A stretch of DNA of 39,525 nt, taken from positions 1-39,525 of the forward strand of contig JAZRRC010000023.1 of assembly GCA_045650355.1 (NCBI GenBank), written 5' to 3'. This document shows, one piece after another, positions 8,233 through 15,370 of the stretch. A model generated the notes under the pieces. The model ran no database searches. It saw nothing but the letters and a program-made list of their open reading frames with translations, and had not been told where the DNA came from. The translations under genes and the position numbers were made by a program. Every line of letters starts with the position of its first letter. Within the stretch, counting starts at the first letter, position 1. This DNA comes from Candidatus Avispirillum sp. (lineage in GTDB: Bacteria > Bacillota > Clostridia > Oscillospirales > CAG-272).

Positions 8233-9825
8233 TTATTCCTTTGCCACTGTCAGCAGCACCTCGGAGAAGCGGTTGAGCATATAGCAAAGATGCTTGTAAT
8301 TCCAGTCGGCAGAGCTGTCTCCGCCGCTTGCGTGGTTTGTTGAGTTACGCTGCTTTTTCAAAAGCTGATATACCAGTAATATTTCACGAAGTATTGACTT
8401 ATCCTTGATACAGGAGGATACTCTGCCGGAGTCCTTCTCGTAATGCCAAAGAAGCTTTGCCGCTGCCTTTGTGACGTCGGTTATCTGCTTTTTGTAGCCG
8501 GGGATGGACTTCATATCAAACATATTGAAAGAGAAGCGCTCGGAATCGGGGATGAACAGCTGCTCGTAGCTCGGTGTGTGTGACATGAGCTTGCTTTTGA
8601 AATCGCTTATAACAGTGCCGTACGAGGGATTCTCGCCGCTGAAGGGGAGGTAGTTGACAAACCAGTGATAGCCTGTCTTGAGCCTTCCCGACTGAACGTC
8701 TCTTTTGAAATTCATAAGATCTCGGGGGACGGGATGGGCGACTTTCAGAGTATCAACGAATTCGTTGAATTCAGAAAGCTCCTCCTCGGTAGGAGCATAG
8801 ATGCCGGAGCTCACAAAATACTCGGGCATTTCCTCGCTGCAGAAGGTGAGAGCCTGCTGAATAAATTCCTTCTGAACGCACCAGCGGATGATCTCGGGAA
8901 GAGTTCCTCCCAAAAGATCTCTCATTCCGTCGAGAATGTCGCTGATAACGAAGCTGAAAAGCTGGCTGTATGTATCGTTATGGGTAATGTCATCGCTTTT
9001 TTTAACGTAGTCGTAAAGCTTTGCCAGAAGAGCTGATTTGTTGCTCATGATATAGCTTGTGCGACAAAGCTGGAGGTTGTTTGAGAAGGTTTCAAGGGAG
9101 CCGAGAAGAGACTGTATTTCCTCTCCCGCAGGAGCAAAATACCGCTTCAGTCCGCCGATTCTTCCGTAGTTGATATACTCGTTGATTCCCGAGATAAGAT
9201 CGTAGGACTCGAAAAGGGAGGCCATGTTCTGGATGGGAACAACTCCGTTGACCTTGGTATCAAAGTTCATTGTCATAATAAGAGGAACCTTGACGCCTCT
9301 GATCTTCATAAGGTTTGCAATGGAGAGGATCATGAAGGCGATATAGCGCTGACCGCCGTTGAAATCGATGAAAAGCTGAACGTCATTGCCGTCGGAAGTG
9401 ATCTCGTTTGCCGCATCGATAACAGATTCCGAAACCTGAAAATCGTTGGTAAGGTCGGGGATGGGCACCTCTATATATTCAATGGGAGTGATGGAATAGC
9501 ACCGGTCTGCAGAGCGGGCATATTTGTCGATAAGGCGACGGAAAAGCTCAAGGTGTGAAAGAGCAGTGCCGCTCTCAACCTCTGCCTCTGCAGGTATGGG
9601 GGCATCCTCGCGGATGTTGGTTTTAACGAAATTTGAGCAAATAAGAACTATCTTATCAAGTCTTTCGCCCTTTGCACGGAGCATGTCGATGATGTATTTT
9701 GCAGGTGCTTCATTGGTCATGGAGCCTTCAAAAAAGACAGTGCTTCCATCTATCTCAGCGCAGTATTTATTCAGTTGTGCATAGGGGCTGAGGGGGCTCA
9801 GACAAAGAAGAAGAATGTTTTTCAT
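8233..9825 (-). CDS. CARF-HEPN protein, Csx1/TM1812 (DxTHG-family)-like predicted cOA-activated RNase
   Basis: N-terminal MKNILLLCLSPLSP...KIVLICS is a Rossmann-like CARF start as in TM1812/Csx1. DFNGGQRYIAF sits where the DxTHGxR motif lies. The C-terminal RNSTNH (R493-H498, nt 8332-8349, checked) is an Rx4-6H HEPN motif. An AGGAG RBS lies 6 nt before the ATG. Confidence 0.8.
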   Translation of the reverse strand: MKNILLLCLSPLSPYAQLNKYCAEIDGSTVFFEGSMTNEAPAKYIIDMLRAKGERLDKIVLICSNFVKTNIREDAPIPAEAEVESGTALSHLELFRRLIDKYARSADRCYSITPIEYIEVPIPDLTNDFQVSESVIDAANEITSDGNDVQLFIDFNGGQRYIAFMILSIANLMKIRGVKVPLIMTMNFDTKVNGVVPIQNMASLFESYDLISGINEYINYGRIGGLKRYFAPAGEEIQSLLGSLETFSNNLQLCRTSYIMSNKSALLAKLYDYVKKSDDITHNDTYSQLFSFVISDILDGMRDLLGGTLPEIIRWCVQKEFIQQALTFCSEEMPEYFVSSGIYAPTEEELSEFNEFVDTLKVAHPVPRDLMNFKRDVQSGRLKTGYHWFVNYLPFSGENPSYGTVISDFKSKLMSHTPSYEQLFIPDSERFSFNMFDMKSIPGYKKQITDVTKAAAKLLWHYEKDSGRVSSCIKDKSILREILLVYQLLKKQRNSTNHASGGDSSADWNYKHLCYMLNRFSEVLLTVAKE

Positions 9826-9855
9826 AGGACGCTCCTTTTGTAAAGGTAATATTTT

Positions 9856-9883
9856 ATTATAACAGCAAATTCCCGTTTGTCAA
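9856..9883 (-). promoter_or_regulatory. sigma-A type promoter of the six-gene operon
   Basis: The minus strand reads TTGACA-N16-TATAAT with TG at the extended -10 position (TGTTATAAT). It lies about 30 nt upstream of the CARF-HEPN start codon. Confidence 0.7.
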
Positions 9884-10127
9884 TACATATTTTGAAATTA
9901 ATTGAAATAATTTGGAGAAAATTATAATTTCACCGTCTCTGCCGAGGCGGGAAAAGCATTGGCTCATAAAAAAATAGATGGTAAAGCCGACAAACTTTTT
10001 TAAATTATTTTATACAACATAAACATATCGATAATAGGCATATCGAGTGAAAAAAGATGGAAAATGTCATCTGAAAACACATAACTTTGTATATAGTATA
10101 AAATTATGGAAAGTTTCGAAAAAAATG

Positions 10128-10156
10128 TTGCGATATGAAACAATATATGATATAAT
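10128..10156 (+). promoter_or_regulatory. sigma-A type promoter driving the leader/sRNA upstream of rex
   Basis: TTGCGA-N17-TATAAT with extended -10 (TGATATAAT). The predicted TSS is around 10161-10164. Confidence 0.65.
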
Positions 10157-10160
10157 GGTG

Positions 10161-10431
10161 AAAACTCATAATGTAAGGTCGGAGCCTTGCGGGCAAAGGG
10201 CCCGTGGCGTATGCCCTCAGCCCCGTTTTCGGCTTTCGTCCAGTGAGAAAAAATGTGTCGGCGACACAAATTTTACAAAACGTTTTTGGTATATCGAAAT
10301 GGGTACAGAATATCAGGGCGTTGGCAGCAGAGAGTCTCTTTGCAGCGCAATGCTTAATGCGAAAAATGCTGAAACTGAATACAGCAAAAACTCCCCGTAT
10401 ATAGTTGTGCGACAAGTATATACGGGATTTT
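10161..10431 (+). ncRNA. unassigned roughly 270-nt transcript (structured leader or sRNA) bounded by the promoter and a terminator-like hairpin
   Basis: No credible ORF or RBS. Several local hairpins are present, e.g. TGTGTC-GGC-GACACA and GCAGAGA-GTC-TCTTTGC. It ends in the 10394-10431 hairpin. I could not match it to any riboswitch or RNA family by eye. Confidence 0.3.
10394..10431 (+). terminator. intrinsic terminator/attenuator-like hairpin upstream of rex
   Basis: CCCGTATATA / TATATACGGG is a perfect 10-bp stem, extended by TTG/CAA, with loop TGCGA, followed by ATTTTG. Confidence 0.5.
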
Positions 10432-10468
10432 GCGGCGCATAATCGCTACTACCATTATCGATACGGAT

Positions 10469-10513
10469 GTGACCGATATTTCGCCTTGGGGCAAATATCC
10501 GAATAAGGGTCAC
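10469..10513 (+). promoter_or_regulatory. second extended hairpin just upstream of the rex RBS
   Basis: GTGACC-GATATTT(c)GCC-TTGG-GGCAAATATC-(8 nt)-GGTCAC gives two stacked helices with no U-run after them. The rex RBS GGGAGAGG follows at 10527-10534. Confidence 0.35.
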
Positions 10514-10538
10514 GGCTAATCTACACTCGGGAGAGGCT

Positions 10539-11183
10539 ATGGAAAAAAGCAAGATCACGAAGGCGGTCCTCGGCAGGCTGCCTCGATACCTGACCTTTCT
10601 CAAGGGCTTGTCCGAGGGAGAGGAACAGTACATCTCCGCAACGAGGATAGCGAAGGAGCTTTCCTTGGGAGAGGTTCAGGTCAGAAAGGACCTGGCCGTT
10701 GTTTGCGGAAAGGGAAAGCCGAAGCTCGGTTACCGTATTCACGAGCTTGTAAAGAGCATAGAGGCGTGCCTCGGCAGCACAAGATCCACTGTTGCGGTGC
10801 TTGTGGGAGCGGGAAAGCTCGGCAGGGCGCTTCTTGAATACGACGGATTTGAAAAATTCGGTGTGCATATTGCGGCGGCATTTGACTGCAACGAGATCCC
10901 CCTGAGGCTCAGCAGCGGTCTTGAGGTGCTGCCAATGGCACAGTTCGGAGAGTTCTGCAAAAGCAATGACGTTAAGATCGGCATCATAACGGTTGGCGAG
11001 GGCTCAGCCCAGACTGTCTGCGATGAGATGATAGCAAACGGCATTTGCGCTGTCTGGAACTTTGCTCCCTGCAAGCTGGACGTTCCGGCGGGAGTTGTAT
11101 TCCTGCAGGAAAACCTTGCGCTTTCACTTGCATACCTGAACAATAAGCTTTTGGAACAGAATCGAAAGGAGAATGACATATGA
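10539..11183 (+). CDS. rex: redox-sensing transcriptional repressor Rex
   Basis: N-terminal winged helix (LGRLPRYLTFLKGL...ISATRIAKEL) plus a Rossmann NADH site VLVGAGKLGRALL. Family length is typical (214 aa). Confidence 0.93.
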   Translation: MEKSKITKAVLGRLPRYLTFLKGLSEGEEQYISATRIAKELSLGEVQVRKDLAVVCGKGKPKLGYRIHELVKSIEACLGSTRSTVAVLVGAGKLGRALLEYDGFEKFGVHIAAAFDCNEIPLRLSSGLEVLPMAQFGEFCKSNDVKIGIITVGEGSAQTVCDEMIANGICAVWNFAPCKLDVPAGVVFLQENLALSLAYLNNKLLEQNRKENDI

Positions 11184-11959
11184 AATTTGAAAATGTTCTT
11201 GCAGAGAGACCTCAGAAGGTGATCTACCGTGACGGTGATCGCTGCGTAAAGGTGTTTATCCCCACCTACAGCAAGGCTGCTATTTTTAACGAGGCTTCCA
11301 ATCACGTGAGAATCGAGGATACAGGACTTAATATCCCCAAGGTCCTCGGTGTTGAAAATATTGACGGCGGCTGGGCAATCGCAACTCAGTTCATCGAGGG
11401 TAAAACTCTTGAGCAGCTTATCGAGGCGTACCCCGATAAGAAAGAAACTTATTTCCGCATCCTCGCAGATCTTCAGAGCGATATCCACAAGAAGGACTGT
11501 CCCTATCTCTACAGACTTAAGGACGAGCTCAACCAGAAGATCGCACAGAGCGAGCTCAGCGCAACGATCAGATTTGATCTCCATTCCAAGCTTGAGGAGA
11601 TGGCAAAGGGTATGTCCATCTGCCACGGCGACTTCTGCGCATCCAACATTATCCTTTCTGAGGACGGAGTTTATTACGTTTGCGACTGGACTCTCGCATC
11701 CTTCGGTAACCCCCTTGCAGACGTTGCTCAGACCTACATCATGTTCTGGGTGATCAATAAGAGCTATGCGGATGCAGAGCTTTATCTTGATCTTTACTGC
11801 AGCGAGTCCGGTGTTGACAAGGAGAAGGTATACGAGTGGCTTCCCATCATTGCGGCTGCAATGTCTGTTCGTCGCCCCGAGGAAGAGAAAAAGATTCTTC
11901 TCGAATGTGTCAATTCTCTTGATTTCAAGAACCACATGAAGAAGTATTATAACGACTGA
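11180..11959 (+). CDS. APH/choline-kinase-fold phosphotransferase (protein-kinase-like)
   Basis: Catalytic-loop HGDFCASNIIL (HxDxxxxN) and CDWTLASFGNPLADVAQ (DW/DFG-equivalent plus the APH-type tail). Its ATG overlaps the rex stop (ATGA, 4-nt overlap). Confidence 0.8.
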   Translation: MKFENVLAERPQKVIYRDGDRCVKVFIPTYSKAAIFNEASNHVRIEDTGLNIPKVLGVENIDGGWAIATQFIEGKTLEQLIEAYPDKKETYFRILADLQSDIHKKDCPYLYRLKDELNQKIAQSELSATIRFDLHSKLEEMAKGMSICHGDFCASNIILSEDGVYYVCDWTLASFGNPLADVAQTYIMFWVINKSYADAELYLDLYCSESGVDKEKVYEWLPIIAAAMSVRRPEEEKKILLECVNSLDFKNHMKKYYND

Positions 11960-12008
11960 AATTAAAAAATAAAAAATAAATATAAACACAAAAAAGGAGA
12001 TTCATAGT

Positions 12009-12248
12009 ATGAAGATCACAGTTTGCATCGGCAGCTCTTGCCATCTGAAAGGTTCCCGTCAGGTAGTTGAAAGACTCCAGACACTCGTTGATGAAAAGGG
12101 TCTCGCAGACAAGGTTGAGCTTTGCGCAACATTCTGTCTCGGTAAGTGCCAGCAGGGCGTATGTGTAATGGCAGATGAGGAGTTCTTCTCCGTATCCCCC
12201 GATACAGTAGACGAGTTCTTTGCTGCTAACGTTCTTGCTAAGATCTGA
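12009..12248 (+). CDS. small thioredoxin-like [2Fe-2S] protein (NuoE/HndA-like Cys pattern)
   Basis: VCIGSSCHLKGS...FCLGKC gives C-x4-C ... C-x3-C. An AAGGAG RBS is present. Confidence 0.8.
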   Translation: MKITVCIGSSCHLKGSRQVVERLQTLVDEKGLADKVELCATFCLGKCQQGVCVMADEEFFSVSPDTVDEFFAANVLAKI

Positions 12249-12252
12249 TAGC

Positions 12253-12510
12253 ATGATAATTCAGGTTTGTGTCGGCAGCTCCTGCCATCTTAAGGGCTCT
12301 CCCGAAATCATAGAGCTCTTCCGTAACGCCATCGAGGAGCATTCCCTCGGAGACAGCGTCACTCTTGCAGGAAGCTTTTGCATTGGTAAATGCAACCGTC
12401 TCGGCATCACCGTTCAGGTGGATGACGAGGTGCATCCCGGCATAACAAGGGAGAATTTCAAAGAATTCTTCAAAGAAAACGTACTGAAAGCTTTGAAGGA
12501 GGTCAACTAA
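12253..12510 (+). CDS. small thioredoxin-like [2Fe-2S] protein, tandem paralog
   Basis: MIIQVCVGSSCHLKGS...FCIGKC shows the same Cys spacing as the upstream gene. ATG at 12253 is preferred over the track start at 12220. Confidence 0.8.
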   Translation: MIIQVCVGSSCHLKGSPEIIELFRNAIEEHSLGDSVTLAGSFCIGKCNRLGITVQVDDEVHPGITRENFKEFFKENVLKALKEVN

Positions 12511-12513
12511 GAT

Positions 12514-14190
12514 ATGGCGGCTAGCCTGACATTTAAAAAATCCAACTGTAAAAACTGTTATAAGTGTATTCGCTATTGTCCTGTAAAGTCTATTCGCTTT
12601 TCGGGCAATCAGGCTCACATCATCGGCAACGAGTGTATCCTTTGCGGACAGTGCTTTGTAGTATGTCCCCAGAATGCAAAGGAGATCGCAAGCGAGCTTG
12701 AGAAGGTAAAGGTAATGATCCAGAGCGGCGACCCTGTGGTTGTCAGCCTTGCTCCTTCCTTCGTTGCAAATTATGATTACGTGGGCATCGAATCCATGAG
12801 AGATGCGCTGAAGAAGCTTGGCTTCTACGACGTTGAGGAAACGGCTATCGGCGCAACTATCGTAAAGAATGAGTATGAGCGTATTCTGAGAGAAGAGGAG
12901 AGAGATATCGTTATCACCTCCTGCTGTCACTCAATAAACCTTCTCATCCAGAAGTATTATCCCACACTTCTGCCTTATCTGGCAGACGTTATCTCCCCCA
13001 TGCAGGCACACTGTAAGGATATCAAGTCCCGTATCCCCGGCGCAAAGACAGTCTTCATCGGACCCTGCGTTGCGAAAAAGGACGAGGCTGAATATTATTC
13101 CGGTGTTGTCGATGCTGTTCTTACCTTCGAGGAGCTGACAAGCTGGCTCAGAGAAGAGAAGATCACACTTGAGGAGAAGAAGGACGAGACTCCCGAGTCA
13201 AAGGCCCGCTTCTTCCCCGTTTCCGGCGGCGTTATCAAGACTATGGATACGTCCATTCCCGGATATAAATTCCTTGCCTTTGACGGAGTGGAAAACTGCG
13301 TTTCCGCTCTTGCAAATATCGTTTCCGGAAAGATCCACCATTGCTTCATTGAGATGAACGCCTGCACGGGCGGATGCATCGGCGGACCTGTTATGGAAAA
13401 GTACAGAGATACACCTATCGAAAACTTCATAGCCGTTACCGACTATGCGGGTGATAAGGACTTTCCGGTTGATCAGCCCGATTCCATCACCCTCAAAAAG
13501 CATTTCGATATCATCGAAAAGAAGCTTCAGATGCCTGATGAAAACGAGGTTCGCGCAGTTCTTCGTCAGATGGGCAAGTTCAAGCCCGCTCACGAGCTTA
13601 ACTGCGGCACCTGCGGCTATAACTCCTGCCGCGAGAAGGCAATCGCCATCTGCCAGGGTAAGGCTGAGGCATCCATGTGTCTCCCCTTCCTTAAGGATAA
13701 GGCGGAAAGCTTCTCCGACACTATCGTTAAGAATACTCCCAACGGACTTATCGTTCTTAACGAAAACCTTGAGGTTCAGCAGATCAATGATGCGGCCCGC
13801 AATATCATGAATATCCGCTCCGCTTCAGACGTTCTCGGCGATCAGGTCGTTCGTATCCTTGATCCCACGCCCTTCATGACAGTGCTCAGAACAGGCAGAG
13901 ACGTTCACGATCAGCACGTATATCTCGCAGAGTATAAGCGCTACGTTGAGCAGAGCGTGGTATATGACCGCGACTGCCACCTTCTCGTTTGCATCATGCG
14001 TGATATCACAGAGGAGGAAAGCTCCCGCGAGAGAAAAGAAGCCATCAGCCGTCAGACCATCGAGATCGCTGACAGAGTAATCGAAAAGCAGATGAGAATC
14101 GTTCAGGATATTGCATCTCTTCTCGGCGAAACTGCAGCGGAAACGAAAATCGCCCTTGCTAAGCTAAAGGAGTCTGTGTCAGATGAATGA
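12514..14190 (+). CDS. hydS: sensory (group C) [FeFe]-hydrogenase-like protein with a C-terminal PAS domain
   Basis: Two N-terminal CxxCxxCxxxCP motifs. H-cluster motifs TSCCH, GPCVAKKDE and EMNACTGGCIGGP. An extra 4-Cys motif CGTCGYNSCREKAIAIC. A PAS-like segment (IVKNTPNGLIVLNENLEVQQINDAARNIMNI...). Confidence 0.88.
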   Translation: MAASLTFKKSNCKNCYKCIRYCPVKSIRFSGNQAHIIGNECILCGQCFVVCPQNAKEIASELEKVKVMIQSGDPVVVSLAPSFVANYDYVGIESMRDALKKLGFYDVEETAIGATIVKNEYERILREEERDIVITSCCHSINLLIQKYYPTLLPYLADVISPMQAHCKDIKSRIPGAKTVFIGPCVAKKDEAEYYSGVVDAVLTFEELTSWLREEKITLEEKKDETPESKARFFPVSGGVIKTMDTSIPGYKFLAFDGVENCVSALANIVSGKIHHCFIEMNACTGGCIGGPVMEKYRDTPIENFIAVTDYAGDKDFPVDQPDSITLKKHFDIIEKKLQMPDENEVRAVLRQMGKFKPAHELNCGTCGYNSCREKAIAICQGKAEASMCLPFLKDKAESFSDTIVKNTPNGLIVLNENLEVQQINDAARNIMNIRSASDVLGDQVVRILDPTPFMTVLRTGRDVHDQHVYLAEYKRYVEQSVVYDRDCHLLVCIMRDITEEESSRERKEAISRQTIEIADRVIEKQMRIVQDIASLLGETAAETKIALAKLKESVSDE

Positions 14191-15358
14191 TTTGTGTGCT
14201 GATATCGGCTATAAAAGCATAAACCATTACGGTGAGCAGCTTTGCGGCGACCACGTGGATATCATCGAGCAGTCCAATGAGAACGCAACAGTTATAGTTC
14301 TTGCGGACGGTCTCGGAAGCGGAGTTAAGGCAAGCATCCTTTCAACGCTCACCTCAAAGATCATCTCCACCATGATGGCAGCGGGACTTCCCATCGAGGA
14401 GTGCGTGGCAACCATTGCCCAGACTCTCCCCGTCTGCTCCATCAGAGGAGTTGCCTATTCAACCTTTACCATAATTCAGATCAAGAATAACCAGATTGCG
14501 GAGATCATCCAGTATGATAATCCTCAGGTTATTCTCATCCGTGATGAAAAGAATTATGAGTATCCCGTGGTTGAAATGAATATAGGCGGAAAAAAGATAC
14601 TTAAATCCGTTATCCCTCTGCAGGAAAACGACGTTTTCGTTGCAATGAGCGACGGATGCCCCCATGCGGGAATCGGTACCACCTACAATTTCGGCTGGAA
14701 GAGAAGCGAGATCATCGATTTCATCGAAATGCTTGTTCCTGCAGGATATACTGCAAAAACTCTTTCCACCATGCTTATTGATGAGTGTACCCGCCTGTAT
14801 GATGAAAAGCCCGGAGACGATGCTACGGCTTGTATCGTTCGTATTCGTAAGCGCGAGCCTATGAATATCCTCTTCGGTCCTCCCTCAAACAGAGATGATT
14901 GCGACAGAATGATGTCACTGTTCTTCTCCAAGGAGGGAAAGCATATTATCTGCGGAGGAACGACATCCTCCATCGCATCAAAGTTCTTGCGCAAGCCCCT
15001 GAAGGTAAGCCTTAACTTTGAAAAATCAGATATTCCTCCCACAGCTCAGCTCGAGGGCGTAGATCTCGTAACTGAGGGAGTTATCACAATAAACCGAGTG
15101 CTCGAATACGCAAGAGACCATCTTGCAGAGAACACTATGTATGAAGACTGGAGCCAGCACAGAGACGGTGCGTCCCTTATCAGCCGCATGCTCTTTGAGG
15201 AGGCAACAGACATTAATTTTTACGTAGGACGGGCAGTTAACCCCGCCCATCAGAATCCCGATCTTCCCATTAATTTCAATATAAAAATGAACCTGGTTGA
15301 GGAGCTTTCGAAGTGCCTCACCAAGATGGGCAAGAGAATCAAGGTTAGTTATTTTTAA
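14183..15358 (+). CDS. SpoIIE/PP2C-family serine phosphatase with an extra C-terminal domain
   Basis: CGDHVDII...VIVLADGLGSGVKASILS...VAMSDGCPHAG is a SpoIIE-type motif set. It overlaps the hydS stop by 8 nt. Confidence 0.85.
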   Translation: MNDLCADIGYKSINHYGEQLCGDHVDIIEQSNENATVIVLADGLGSGVKASILSTLTSKIISTMMAAGLPIEECVATIAQTLPVCSIRGVAYSTFTIIQIKNNQIAEIIQYDNPQVILIRDEKNYEYPVVEMNIGGKKILKSVIPLQENDVFVAMSDGCPHAGIGTTYNFGWKRSEIIDFIEMLVPAGYTAKTLSTMLIDECTRLYDEKPGDDATACIVRIRKREPMNILFGPPSNRDDCDRMMSLFFSKEGKHIICGGTTSSIASKFLRKPLKVSLNFEKSDIPPTAQLEGVDLVTEGVITINRVLEYARDHLAENTMYEDWSQHRDGASLISRMLFEEATDINFYVGRAVNPAHQNPDLPINFNIKMNLVEELSKCLTKMGKRIKVSYF

Positions 15359-15370
15359 GGAGAATGCTGC

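Noticed and set aside
9933-9950. CCGTCTC-TGCC-GAGGCGG hairpin between the divergent promoters.
   Set aside because: It has a short stem with a G-U pair, no U-run on either strand, and no gene ending nearby. It cannot be supported as a terminator or operator.
10126-10146. ATGTTGCGATATGAAACAAT as a possible Rex operator overlapping the -35 box.
   Set aside because: Only TGTT...AACA is symmetric, and the match to the TTGTGAA-N4-TTCACAA type consensus is poor. I found no convincing Rex box before hydS, the LDH-like gene or hdrB either.
10313-10330. TCAGG-GC-GTTG-GC-AGCAG resembles the SRP RNA domain IV core (CAGG...GNRA...AGCA).
   Set aside because: The flanking bases cannot form the required helices (UAU versus GAG). 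The tetraloop is not GNRA, its closing helix is only 2 bp, and no Alu-domain motifs are present.
9826-10538. Searched the spacer next to the Cas10-like operon (and spacers 29217-29362 and 32604-32827) for a CRISPR array.
   Set aside because: No direct repeats of 24-40 bp with regular spacing are visible, only AT-rich promoter-like sequence and isolated hairpins.
10000-10633. Several 66-131-aa ORFs on both strands in the AT-rich spacer upstream of rex.
   Set aside because: They overlap one another, lack RBS, have odd composition, and sit between a promoter and a terminator-like hairpin. A non-coding leader or sRNA is more plausible.
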